64,000 nt of DNA from a virus (Duplodnaviria; Caudoviricetes): IMG/VR virus record IMGVR_UViG_3300032373_001170, positions 1 through 64,000 of that record. The stretch is one strand, 5' to 3'. The position numbers and the translations under genes are program-made. Under the pieces are notes generated by a model, which searched no databases, was not told where the DNA came from, and saw nothing but the letters and a program-made list of their open reading frames with translations. Shown piece after piece: positions 1 to 8,879 of the stretch. Position 1 is the first letter of the stretch, and each line of letters starts with the position of its first letter.

Positions 1-1056
1 TTATTTCCCTTTGAATTTTTCAGGAAATAGACTGACAGGCGTTACTTCCACAGCTTTTCTTCTATAAACCCTATGGAAAGTTGACTTATTTCTATGACCA
101 AGAAGATCGTCATTGTCTGTGTTTGAACCAGCCATTGCTCTAATGTCATGATATGTGAAGCGCTCTTCTAATATCGGAGGGTATCGCTTTAGCATGCGTT
201 TCTCTCTCGCTTGAAAGTCTTCATCTGTTTCATCTTCTTGCTGGATATAGTGACCTGACGCGCGATCCATCCATCGACCAAACATAGTTTTAAAGCCGTT
301 CCTAGTATAAGGTTGCCCATCTTTTTTGTGTATGATAAAAATAGACTTCACACTGTGTATTTTTTCGGCGTCCATTAAAGCTTGATTCACTTCCTCGGTT
401 CTTTCTATTGATAGCTCCAGACCTCGCTTACCCGAATCAATTTCAATTTTATCCTTTTTTATGTGAAGGCTTTTTGTGAGCGATAAAACTTTATTTTGGC
501 GCAGCCCTGTTAGTCCAGAAATTATCATCGCAATCTTTATCATTGGATGCGGAATGAAATCATACACCGCCCAGAATTCCTCATGTGTAATAAGACGTTT
601 CCGTGGCGTCTCTGGATTACTTTCCACATCTCTACAAGGGTTTGTCTTTAGCACCCCCCATCTGATGGCTTTTTTAAAGACATGACTTAGTAGAGACTTG
701 TCTCTGTTCGCTCTGACTGGGGCATTCCTAGCGTCCATGTATGCATAAATATCTTGAGGGGTAATCTCTTCTGGTTGCATGTGAGAGAACGCCGTTCTCA
801 GAAATTTCATTGATGAAAGGTTATCTTCCTGGGTTGCTTTTGCTTTTCCCGGTATGATTTCAATGGTGTATTTATCGAACAACTGCCCCATCGTAAAGAT
901 ATGCTTATTATCTGAGTTAAGCTCGGTATATTTGATCATGGCTGCAACATAGTCTTTGCCTAGTGGCATCCACTTGTTGTTTACGACAAAATAGTACGCG
1001 CCGTGCTGAAAATACACGTAATCCGGGAGATCTTTTCTTTTAGTTCGTTTTCGCAC
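1..1056 (-). CDS. int: Phage tyrosine integrase
   Basis: 351 aa; catalytic-type motifs TGLRQ (R), YHDIRA (HxxR), LLGH and downstream VY (Tyr); N-terminal arm-binding-like region. Confidence 0.92.
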   Translation of the reverse strand: MRKRTKRKDLPDYVYFQHGAYYFVVNNKWMPLGKDYVAAMIKYTELNSDNKHIFTMGQLFDKYTIEIIPGKAKATQEDNLSSMKFLRTAFSHMQPEEITPQDIYAYMDARNAPVRANRDKSLLSHVFKKAIRWGVLKTNPCRDVESNPETPRKRLITHEEFWAVYDFIPHPMIKIAMIISGLTGLRQNKVLSLTKSLHIKKDKIEIDSGKRGLELSIERTEEVNQALMDAEKIHSVKSIFIIHKKDGQPYTRNGFKTMFGRWMDRASGHYIQQEDETDEDFQAREKRMLKRYPPILEERFTYHDIRAMAGSNTDNDDLLGHRNKSTFHRVYRRKAVEVTPVSLFPEKFKGK

Positions 1057-1267
1057 GACTTAATCCTGATAAATTTGGTTTGCTTCGCTTTTTTTGGAGT
1101 GGGCCATACAGTATTGACCTAGCAACTCTTGGATTTCCTGTAGCAGATATAAAGTGCGGTATCCCATATTCCCGTAAGTGCTCAATCTGCTTGCTTTTGA
1201 AAGCATAACCAGTCAAGTCCCTTAATTCATCGCGGCTCAGAAATAGTTCGGTTTTAACTTCAGCCAT
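1040..1267 (-). CDS. DUF4224-family putative excisionase
   Basis: 75 aa from ATG 1267; FLSRDELRDLTGY..KQIEHLREYGIP..GNPRVAR pattern; overlaps the int start. Confidence 0.75.
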   Translation of the reverse strand: MAEVKTELFLSRDELRDLTGYAFKSKQIEHLREYGIPHFISATGNPRVARSILYGPLQKKRSKPNLSGLSRAKTN

Positions 1268-1268
1268 G

Positions 1269-1487
1269 TTATCTATGCTCAATACTTTTAGGAGGCCACA
1301 TAACCACAGTTGACTCAACAGGAGTTCCATCTGCTGGAATAATTAAGTCTTCATGTTTCTTATTTCCACCCCGATCAAAGCCAGTAACTCTAATTGTTTG
1401 TGGTTCACAATTTAGTTCACTTACAATTGGTAAAAGCTTCATATTGATCAATTTGCAGTGATCTAGAATTGTTTTCTGCCTACTCAT
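1269..1487 (-). CDS. Hypothetical phage protein
   Basis: 72 aa ORF tightly packed in the leftward operon. Confidence 0.5.
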   Translation of the reverse strand: MSRQKTILDHCKLINMKLLPIVSELNCEPQTIRVTGFDRGGNKKHEDLIIPADGTPVESTVVMWPPKSIEHR

Positions 1488-1493
1488 TATTTA

Positions 1494-1796
1494 TTAATCC
1501 ATCCGTCTAAATCGAGGTAGAGCTTTTCGTATGTTTTTCGTTAATGTAGTTATGCTCTGGACACCTAGGAAGGCATCATTGCAATACACTCGGTAGTTAT
1601 CTATTCTGTCACCCTCAAAGCATTCAAATATCGCCGTTTCATTTGTTGCTTTTCTCTCTATCGTGATCTTGATGTACGGATCATGCTCAACATATGGCAA
1701 AGCTTCTCCAGCGTTTTGCATCCGCAGTCTTTCTTTTTTAGCTAAAGCCTGCTTCGACCATAGTTTTCTAGCCTTTTTATTTGACCTGTATGCCAT
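1494..1796 (-). CDS. Hypothetical phage protein
   Basis: 100 aa from ATG 1796 (MAYRSNKK); the longer track ORF overlaps the upstream gene. Confidence 0.6.
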   Translation of the reverse strand: MAYRSNKKARKLWSKQALAKKERLRMQNAGEALPYVEHDPYIKITIERKATNETAIFECFEGDRIDNYRVYCNDAFLGVQSITTLTKNIRKALPRFRRMD

Positions 1797-1839
1797 TGTT
1801 TTAATTGTATCGACTTTGCGCAATACGTATATTGCAGTG

Positions 1840-2058
1840 TTATACGGCTTGAGGTTGCTCGACCGCACTCCGCAAATGGCTGATCCTGACTGAGATATCA
1901 TCGCCGTTAAATTTCTCGTTGTAGTCAAGCATTGCGCTAGCCTTGCCGCCAGCGACAACGCCATGCGCCCACGTATCACACTGGGAATTCACTTTCATAG
2001 CAAAGGTTCCTTTTCGAGAGTGATTTACTAAATATGTTTTACCATTTTCTAAATTCAT
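1840..2058 (-). CDS. Hypothetical phage protein (cassette-like)
   Basis: 72 aa; stop TAA lies inside a GTTATAC core (1839-1845). Confidence 0.65.
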   Translation of the reverse strand: MNLENGKTYLVNHSRKGTFAMKVNSQCDTWAHGVVAGGKASAMLDYNEKFNGDDISVRISHLRSAVEQPQAV

Positions 2059-2085
2059 GCTTTTAATCTCCGTAGGTAAATCGCC

Positions 2086-2170
2086 GCATAACCATCAAAA
2101 TCTAGCGGACGGTTATAACGCAGCGTTCTTTTCAGCGGCATACCGCCGCCACTAATTTTGGTAGTTATAG
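2086..2170 (+). repeat. Stacked degenerate attC-like elements
   Basis: GCATAAC 2086-2092..GTTATAA 2112-2118, and TTATAAC 2113-2119..GTTATAG 2164-2170 (58 bp) with inner GCGGC/GCCGC stem. Confidence 0.55.
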
Positions 2171-2248
2171 CGCTCGTCCGGTTCAGCGCTGGCGTAAAGC
2201 TTTTAACCCTAGTGCCAGCTTCTTCGCCGGACGCTACGCTCTCCGGCT

Positions 2249-2818
2249 CTAGTTCCAATAAGCCGAAGGGTTTTCCCAATCAGGGTAATTTTCATTAAGC
2301 CAGCCAGTAGCAACCTTTTGCATTTCTTGCTCAGCCTCCCAGTACTTGTCAGAGTATTGATCACATTCCACTTTGTCGGTTTCGAATACGATGGAGTCGC
2401 CATCAAGAACGCGGTACTGAACATGCTCTTTTGCTTCGTAATCTTGGCGCAGGCAGAAACGACGATCCAAGTTCATGTGAGAACTGCGATCATAGAATGC
2501 CGCCTTATAAAAAATGCTTCCGCGCTTGCGGCCTTGGTCGTCAAGCAAATCACTCCACATCGAATGATCTGTTGGCTTCTTTGTCCATCCTTCAGGGAAT
2601 TGAACGTTAATAAAGATATCGTCGGCATCGTCACCAAAAACAAACCCAAGAGCCTCTAGTGCTTCACGGGGGCATTCTTTCGGCAGGGTTTCATTTGCTA
2701 CAAAGCTTTGCTGTCCGGCGGCTTCCTGGGCTTCGATTCCTCCAGGCGTGGATGCTGCAACAAAGTTATCAAGATCTCCGCTAGCTGCGGCCTGTAGTGC
2801 TGCTGGTGTAGTTTTCAT
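2249..2818 (-). CDS. Conserved-looking hypothetical phage protein (cassette-borne)
   Basis: 189 aa with SD (AGGAG) upstream; lies between cores GTTATAG 2164 and CTATAAC 2849. Confidence 0.8.
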   Translation of the reverse strand: MKTTPAALQAAASGDLDNFVAASTPGGIEAQEAAGQQSFVANETLPKECPREALEALGFVFGDDADDIFINVQFPEGWTKKPTDHSMWSDLLDDQGRKRGSIFYKAAFYDRSSHMNLDRRFCLRQDYEAKEHVQYRVLDGDSIVFETDKVECDQYSDKYWEAEQEMQKVATGWLNENYPDWENPSAYWN

Positions 2819-2848
2819 CGTGGTTCTCCTAGTTAAAGTGTAATCGCG

Positions 2849-2933
2849 CTATAACAAATAGCTACAGCCGACCCACAAACGCGGCGTTCGTTCCTCACTC
2901 TGCGATTGCGGTCGGCTGAGCATGGCGTTATGT
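2849..2933 (+). repeat. attC-like recombination site (85 bp)
   Basis: CTATAAC-AAATA-GCT(A)CAGCCGACC...GGTCGGCTGAGC-ATGGC-GTTATGT: R''/L''/L'/R' layout with one unpaired base in L''. Confidence 0.85.
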
Positions 2934-3134
2934 GGCAAAGCAGGTAAGGCTCACTTCGTCACCGTCAGTGCCTGTCGCTTCAAGTGGCCGCTCCATTCGC
3001 TCGCCACCATCAGTCCCTTCTCTAATAATACACACAGTAACTGGCAAATCGCCGTCAAGCCCAGAAAGGAACTCCCGCAACTCTTTAACATTAAACCCAA
3101 CATCATCATCACTCTCAACTTGTATTGCACACAT
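2928..3134 (-). CDS. Small acidic hypothetical protein (cassette-borne)
   Basis: 68 aa; both ATG and TAA lie within flanking attC core sites. Confidence 0.65.
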   Translation of the reverse strand: MCAIQVESDDDVGFNVKELREFLSGLDGDLPVTVCIIREGTDGGERMERPLEATGTDGDEVSLTCFAT

Positions 3135-3233
3135 AACAATTAGCTCCAGGCGACACCATACCGCGTCGCGTTTTGTGGTTAATTCTAGGCTATGCGGTGC
3201 GCGGTATGGCGCACCTGAGCATGGTCGTTATGT
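3131..3233 (+). repeat. attC-like recombination site (103 bp)
   Basis: ACATAAC-AATTA-GCT(C)CAGG..CCATACCGCG / CGCGGTATGG..CCTGAGC-ATGGTC-GTTATGT; the extra C gives an extrahelical G on the bottom strand. Confidence 0.88.
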
Positions 3234-3545
3234 GACGCTATAAACTTCCCTTTTACCCTCGCTATTTGGCGGAGATACAATTCCGTCTTGCTCCATATTT
3301 TCAATTAATCTAGCTGCTCTATTAAATCCAAGTTTGAATTTACGCTGAATGCCGCTAATAGATGCTCTGTTATTTTCGATAACAAACCTACATGCCTCAC
3401 TGTATTGCTGGCTGTATTCATTATCTGCGCAGGTATCGCATTTGCCGTTATCGGATAGTTTCCCGTGTCGACTGCAAACGCCATTTGCTACAGATAGTAA
3501 TGGAGGGTTGTTAATAGCCTGATTGTTTTGATTTGAGTTGCTCAT
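3228..3545 (-). CDS. Stand-alone FtsK gamma (winged-helix) domain protein
   Basis: YSEACRFVIENNRASISGIQRKFKLGFNRAARLIENMEQDGIVSPPNSEGKREV matches the FtsK-gamma pattern; no motor domain. Confidence 0.85.
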   Translation of the reverse strand: MSNSNQNNQAINNPPLLSVANGVCSRHGKLSDNGKCDTCADNEYSQQYSEACRFVIENNRASISGIQRKFKLGFNRAARLIENMEQDGIVSPPNSEGKREVYSVT

Positions 3546-3551
3546 ATTTAG

Positions 3552-3785
3552 TTACCTAGATAAAGGAAATATCTTAGCTATCTGTACTTCAGTTAATTCC
3601 ACAAAAACCAAATCATCCAGCTTTACATCAATCCATGATCCATCTCCGAATGTTAGCATTTTTTTCGCTGGGTCTAGGGTGCTGCTGCACTCTGCAAATC
3701 CGATCACAGGATGATTTAACCCGTAATTCTCGTGTCCCGTTAACACTGCTGTTACCTCACTCATGATCTTTTCCTCGCTATACAT
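3552..3785 (-). CDS. Hypothetical phage protein
   Basis: 77 aa; start lies in the ACATAAC core at 3782. Confidence 0.6.
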   Translation of the reverse strand: MYSEEKIMSEVTAVLTGHENYGLNHPVIGFAECSSTLDPAKKMLTFGDGSWIDVKLDDLVFVELTEVQIAKIFPLSR

Positions 3786-3810
3786 AACAAATAATTACAG
3801 TAGAGCGCCG
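3782..3810 (+). repeat. Truncated attC-like half site
   Basis: ACATAACAAATAATTACAG resembles the R''/L'' start of the 2849 and 3131 sites; no R' found. Confidence 0.5.
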
Positions 3811-3817
3811 AGTGAGT

Positions 3818-3994
3818 TTATTTGTGAAGAGAATGCGCATGTATGTATTCCTCACCTGCTTTGTTCATTCTGCTATCGAATGTCTCTTTTGTGTCACCAG
3901 ATTTAGTGGCGCATGGTCCTTTTAACGGGCAAGCATTCCCGCAGCTGTGTTGCGAACAAATATTCTTAACTACATCACTTCTATTGTCTTTCAT
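3818..3994 (-). CDS. Small Cys-containing hypothetical protein
   Basis: 58 aa from ATG 3994 (MKDNRSDVV..CSQHSCGNACPLKGPC). Confidence 0.55.
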   Translation of the reverse strand: MKDNRSDVVKNICSQHSCGNACPLKGPCATKSGDTKETFDSRMNKAGEEYIHAHSLHK

Positions 3995-4156
3995 AATGTT
4001 TCTCGATTTCTGCCGCTTCGCTAAAGATAAAAAACGCCGTATTAAATAGGTTAGCACTGACAACACCTTTACCGAACAATACTAAGAGGCCTCGAAGGTG
4101 TTTTGTTTCAGGACTTACAGTGCTCACGCCCTGAGGAAGTGCCTCGCGCTGTATAA

Positions 4157-4519
4157 TTAATCGATGCTTTGTGCCGTTAGAATCGCTCGATTGTGGATGT
4201 GCGGATAGTCTTCACTTAAGTATGTAATCACTACTTCATGCTTTAATAGCTGCCTGAATTCGTCCCAAAGTTTTCTATTAGTAACCTGAAACTCAAATAT
4301 TTCACCACCAACATCGATTTTCCCTACGCCAACTTGTACTACTACGCCGATGACATCAAAGTTAGTCAAGATGCCTTTCCATACTCTCCGTTCATTGTTT
4401 TTCAGCAGTTCCGTTTCATGGTCTTTTTTTAGTTGCTGCCAGCGGTCAAAGCCATAATCATTAGCAGTGATAGCTACGGGCAGTAGGGCGAACATTAGAT
4501 AAAGAATATATATTTTCAT
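4157..4519 (-). CDS. Hypothetical exported protein
   Basis: 120 aa; N-terminal hydrophobic signal-peptide-like stretch. Confidence 0.6.
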   Translation of the reverse strand: MKIYILYLMFALLPVAITANDYGFDRWQQLKKDHETELLKNNERRVWKGILTNFDVIGVVVQVGVGKIDVGGEIFEFQVTNRKLWDEFRQLLKHEVVITYLSEDYPHIHNRAILTAQSID

Positions 4520-4563
4520 TTTTAATCCAGTATATGTGCGTGTGTGTTGCTATTTTTCACCAT

Positions 4564-5058
4564 TTAAACTGCAAGACTATTTGGTTTACTCCGGATTTCA
4601 GAAACTTCTTCATTGCTTAATTCTCTAAGGCCTGGAACCGGTATATATCTGTTTTGCGCATCTTCAGGTACGTTAACTGCCCATTTGTCACCCAAGCGTT
4701 TTAACGAGGCAAAATAAACATTCTTTCCTTCTATAATCGCTTGGGAATTAATTAGTGATCGGAATTCATCAAGCTTGGGGCGCACCATGCTTGCTAACGT
4801 ATGCCGCATAACCTGACCATCTTCAGACGATTCATCGGGGCAGTAATACGGCGGATTTTTATAAGGCTTCCAACCAGGCGGGATCTCACCAGTAAACATG
4901 ACAGCTAAAATTTCCCCGTTTTCTTCAATATATTTGTCAATATCGAGTGATTTCAATATCATCTTTCGTAATGATTCGATCACTTCAAACTCCTTGTAAT
5001 GACTGGTTACGACATTTAGCAAATCGTTTCCTTCAACAGTAAAAAATCTGTAGTTCAT
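4564..5058 (-). CDS. Hypothetical phage protein
   Basis: 164 aa directly downstream of the SbcC-like gene. Confidence 0.7.
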   Translation of the reverse strand: MNYRFFTVEGNDLLNVVTSHYKEFEVIESLRKMILKSLDIDKYIEENGEILAVMFTGEIPPGWKPYKNPPYYCPDESSEDGQVMRHTLASMVRPKLDEFRSLINSQAIIEGKNVYFASLKRLGDKWAVNVPEDAQNRYIPVPGLRELSNEEVSEIRSKPNSLAV

Positions 5059-5069
5059 TTCCGTGCTCC

Positions 5070-7586
5070 CTATTGCTTATAAGCGCTAATATCAATAACT
5101 GCATCAGCCATTTGCCATAGCTCCGGCGTGTGTGAGATAAAAAACTCCTTGTCGTAATCCCCAATCTCAAGCACCTTCCTTTTCATGTTAAAAAATGCGA
5201 GCTTGTTATCCGGATCTAGCGCTCCGTCCAGCTCGTCAGAAAACAATGTTTTTAGCTTTATTGGAGAAAGACTCGCTTGATACAGGGCTATAGCGCGAGT
5301 GATTGCTTCGTTAATCCATACTCGCTGACCTCCCGACATGCATGCGATGTTTTTTTCTGAATCACTTTCGGAATCAAAAACAGTGATTTCAAAAACTTCT
5401 TTCTTTAGCCCGCTTTTCAATGTTTTCTGCGTATCAATTCGAACGCTAAATCTATGTCCGTAACAGGAGACTAATAACTCATTTGTATACGAAGCTAGGG
5501 TAGGGCCTGCATCGTCGATTGATAGCGCTATGATTCCATCAATTCCTAGTGCTGTTTGAAGCTGTGTCCAGATTGCGATTTCATCTTCCAACTTTGTGCC
5601 TAGAGCTTTTAGCTTTTTAGCGCCATACAAAGCCAAAATAACTTGATCCAATTCCGCTTTGGCAGTGGCAATAATGTTATTTTGTTTTTCAATAAAAAGA
5701 TCGAGACTAGCAAGCTCTGTATCTGCTGAGGATAATTCCTTTTCAGCCTGCTCTAGTCCACTAGCCTCGACAGGAGGGGGTAATCGTTTTAATTCGGTTT
5801 CAATACTGGAAATCGCGTTATCTCTTATTATCTGCGCGTCAACTTTTCTCTGATCTAATGCTTTCTTTGCTTCACCTTCGCTAATAACTAGCTGGTTAAT
5901 CTGTATCTCAATTTCTTTGATCGATGAGTTTGCAGTATTGATTAAATCTTTAATGGATGCTTGTGATTCCTGCGCTTTCACAATTAATGATTCGTTATGC
6001 TCTATTACATCCGTAGCGTCATTTAAAGATTCCGTGAGGGCAGTAATTTTATTGTTCTCATCGATATCTGATTGTGCGGTGTCGATCTGTTTTTGTAGTC
6101 TGGTTAATTGCTCTTGGGGATTTCCAAGAGCGGCAATTTCCCCTGTTATTGCCTTAATATCTTTTGCGAACGCTTCATATTCTGTTCTTGCCTTATTTAG
6201 TTCAGCGTTAACTGCGACGCATTGATCTTTCGCTTTGATCGCGTTTTCTAATAGCTTGCAATTGATTTGCATATCGCTACCTTGACAGGGTACTTCGCTG
6301 CACAGCTGCGCTCTAAGCTCATAGTCTTTAAGCTGTTCAGTTTTCGATGTACCTTCCGATGCAAGCTTCTGAGCCTTAACAGCCAGTTCGCTACGCTGAT
6401 CAAAGAGCGCCTGAATTTTAATCACATCTGATCGTAATTTCTCCCGTTCTTTGATAAGGTCAGCTAAAGCCTCATTAAGGCCAGGCGATTTTTGCTGGGC
6501 TGAAATAATCACAGGTTTCTTACAGATTAAATCTTGTTGTCGCTTAATTTGTTGGCTATATCCGGCTATTTGCTGGTCATACGAGCTGGACTGAGTTTTG
6601 TAACTGGCTATCTGACTAGCCAGCCCTTTTATTGCCTTCGCTTTTTGATCTTTTTCGTTTTCGCTTCTATTTCTAAGTGAGTGTATATCCGAATCAACTT
6701 CACTAAATTTATCTTTCAGTTGCTTTTCGGTAAATATTTTACGAGAATCTAAGTCATTTCGGCGTATTTCAACTTCAGTATTTTGATTGTTCTCGGCTTG
6801 TAAATCGGCAACTCTCCGTGTAGCTGCTTGAACTTTATTTCTCGCGATAGGTTGATCAAGCTTGGCCTTATCGAGCATCCTCTCTGCATCGTTTACAGTA
6901 TTCGTTAGTGCACTTTTTTTGGATTCGTTTTCAGCTGCTGCACTAAGATCTGACTGCATCAGAGACAGCTTCATCTGCAGGCCTTTTTTAACGGTGCCAG
7001 CTTTCTGTCCTAACTCAACTACTTGGTTCATGTTTAGCAATTCTGACATTAACGACTTAATATCACCATTGTCATATGTTGATATAGCAGGTCTACCTTG
7101 AGCAGCAAATTGTGAAGTAAAGAACATTTCTGGTGTGCCTAGCAGACTATTTATACAAGCGTCGTATGTTGTTGACTTACCATCGCTCACTAAGCCATTC
7201 TCTGCTGTGAACGGTTCCCAGTTTCCCTCAGCATCCTGGTAAAATAGATATGATTCTGTTTTTTTAGTTCTGTTCGCCCCTTTAATTACAATTGACGATC
7301 GATAGAGAACTCCGTTATCTGAGAAAACGAATTCCTTTTCAGCGTTGCCTATTGTTTCATCGTAATAACTGAATGATCCCGGAGAATAATTTTTCACTTT
7401 TGACGGCATAATGCGGTATGGCTGCATATTATCTATAACTGTTGTTTTCCCAGCACCGTTGTGACCGATTACAGCTATTAATTTTGCGTCGCCAACCAAC
7501 TCTTCAAAGTTCAAATAAAGCTCGTCTCTATTTAAACCGTCCTTGATGCCTATAAAATGTTTTAATCTTACACTTATTGGTAGCAA
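5070..7586 (-). CDS. SbcC/Rad50-like SMC ATPase
   Basis: Walker A GHNGAGKT, long coiled coil with central CSEVPC hook-like motif, signature MSGGQ, Walker B/D-loop FSDELDGALD, H-loop ISH. Confidence 0.92.
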   Translation of the reverse strand: MLPISVRLKHFIGIKDGLNRDELYLNFEELVGDAKLIAVIGHNGAGKTTVIDNMQPYRIMPSKVKNYSPGSFSYYDETIGNAEKEFVFSDNGVLYRSSIVIKGANRTKKTESYLFYQDAEGNWEPFTAENGLVSDGKSTTYDACINSLLGTPEMFFTSQFAAQGRPAISTYDNGDIKSLMSELLNMNQVVELGQKAGTVKKGLQMKLSLMQSDLSAAAENESKKSALTNTVNDAERMLDKAKLDQPIARNKVQAATRRVADLQAENNQNTEVEIRRNDLDSRKIFTEKQLKDKFSEVDSDIHSLRNRSENEKDQKAKAIKGLASQIASYKTQSSSYDQQIAGYSQQIKRQQDLICKKPVIISAQQKSPGLNEALADLIKEREKLRSDVIKIQALFDQRSELAVKAQKLASEGTSKTEQLKDYELRAQLCSEVPCQGSDMQINCKLLENAIKAKDQCVAVNAELNKARTEYEAFAKDIKAITGEIAALGNPQEQLTRLQKQIDTAQSDIDENNKITALTESLNDATDVIEHNESLIVKAQESQASIKDLINTANSSIKEIEIQINQLVISEGEAKKALDQRKVDAQIIRDNAISSIETELKRLPPPVEASGLEQAEKELSSADTELASLDLFIEKQNNIIATAKAELDQVILALYGAKKLKALGTKLEDEIAIWTQLQTALGIDGIIALSIDDAGPTLASYTNELLVSCYGHRFSVRIDTQKTLKSGLKKEVFEITVFDSESDSEKNIACMSGGQRVWINEAITRAIALYQASLSPIKLKTLFSDELDGALDPDNKLAFFNMKRKVLEIGDYDKEFFISHTPELWQMADAVIDISAYKQ

Positions 7587-7634
7587 TGTATTTCCCTCAC
7601 TATTATTTTATTAAACGGTAGTAAATAGCAACCA

Positions 7635-8879
7635 TTAAGCAGCTGTTAAAATTCTTTCTTGATCGATTAACGTTTCCAGTATCTCATCAGAATCAAGTGA
7701 TTCGAGCAAAAGCAATCGTTCCTGGAGCGGTGCTGGTTTTATTTCTGTTGTATCTGCCCATTTAGCCAGCTTGGATGTAAGAGATACATCGGTATTTATT
7801 CCGCTCGCTCTTGTTCGCTGTATGGGATTGATAATCCCCTCGACTTTGCACATTTCAGCGCCAGCTTTGAGGAAAATATTTTCTATTTCCTTTTTATCAA
7901 TTGAGCTTCTAAATTCTTGGTCAACGTGGTAGCGAATTCGCACGTGAGCACCTTTTGCTTGTTGTGCTATGTCGTTGAGTTCAACCATATCTGGTACACC
8001 GTCAAAGTTAGCTTGCAAGAGTGTTTTAGCAGGTGTTTTAATGAATTCTGTAGTCACAGCATCGGAATCGACACCCCAAATTATAAAGCCCTTATCTGTT
8101 AGTTCACCGAAATGAAGTCGTCCAATTGAGCCGGCGTAAGCAATGATTCTTCCCTGATCCTCCCACTCCTGGTACTGATGAATATGACCGATCATATTTG
8201 CTACTGCTCCAGCAGCGAATATTGCCCCGGTGGTAAATTCGTGATCGGTGCCAGCCATCGGAACACCTTGCTCAGTGATGCAGCCAGTTATTGTTCCATG
8301 AGATGTAAAAACAGTTGCTAGTCCAGTAGCGCGAGCTTTTAAGTTGCTACTGTTCCAACCTTTGCAAATATCTAGCACATAATCCCCAACAGCATCAGCT
8401 GCATCTTTGACACCGACTGTTCCGGCTAACTTTGCTTTGTTGATGGTTGGTAGGCATGAAAAAAGCGCTTTACTGTTAGAAGGGATTTCTTCAAATCCCC
8501 ATGCATCAGACTGGATCCATGTATTATCGTTTGTCAGCACGACTTGTGAAATAGAATCAGCGACATGTATAGGAAAGTTTCCGCCTAGTGTTTTCAGCAC
8601 GTCAAGTGAACCAGGTGTATCATGCGAATAAGTCCCTTGGAGCACAAGGCCTGGCATTACTTCAGTTAATCGTTTTAGTTGAAGCAGCATTGCGGCAACT
8701 ACAGCTGCGTTCAAATCGATTCGTAAATCAGTCAAATCCCCAGAAATCAAAAAGGCATCACATTTATTTTCAATAGCCTGTGCTACGGCAAACTCGAAAC
8801 ATCGAGTGACTTCGCTTAGGTACTTTGGTGAATAGTGTACGTCAGAGAAGTGTGCAATTTTTAACATTCTATTATCCAT
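7635..8879 (-). CDS. SbcD/Mre11-like metallophosphoesterase nuclease
   Basis: FSDVH, SGDLTD, QGTYSHD, SHG and GHIH motifs; adjacent to the SbcC-like gene; start set at ATG 8879. Confidence 0.88.
   Translation of the reverse strand: MDNRMLKIAHFSDVHYSPKYLSEVTRCFEFAVAQAIENKCDAFLISGDLTDLRIDLNAAVVAAMLLQLKRLTEVMPGLVLQGTYSHDTPGSLDVLKTLGGNFPIHVADSISQVVLTNDNTWIQSDAWGFEEIPSNSKALFSCLPTINKAKLAGTVGVKDAADAVGDYVLDICKGWNSSNLKARATGLATVFTSHGTITGCITEQGVPMAGTDHEFTTGAIFAAGAVANMIGHIHQYQEWEDQGRIIAYAGSIGRLHFGELTDKGFIIWGVDSDAVTTEFIKTPAKTLLQANFDGVPDMVELNDIAQQAKGAHVRIRYHVDQEFRSSIDKKEIENIFLKAGAEMCKVEGIINPIQRTRASGINTDVSLTSKLAKWADTTEIKPAPLQERLLLLESLDSDEILETLIDQERILTAA

Noticed and set aside
1-1056. The integrase as an integron integrase (IntI) serving the attC-like sites
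   Set aside because: It is paired with a DUF4224 excisionase, has an arm-binding-type N-terminus and HDIRAMAG rather than the IntI-type HTLRHSFATH box, and no IntI-specific insertion was recognised; an HMM check is still advisable
2086-3233. CRISPR array interpretation of the spaced palindromes
   Set aside because: The elements differ in length and sequence and the spacers are whole genes; no cas genes are present
3955-4056. Possible attC-like element (TCTTAAC...GTTAGCA)
   Set aside because: The arms pair poorly and the ends match no neighbouring core
4081-4160. Hammerhead-like core CTGAGGA with flanking stems (GAGGC/GCCTC, TCAGG/CCTGA)
   Set aside because: No properly placed GAAA, and stems I-III do not close around the core
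5659-7101. Plus-strand ORFs inside sbcC, and similar antisense or alternate-frame ORFs within terL, the DarB-like gene, the helicase and the capsid gene
   Set aside because: Shadow ORFs of long coding genes, with no RBS or recognisable motifs
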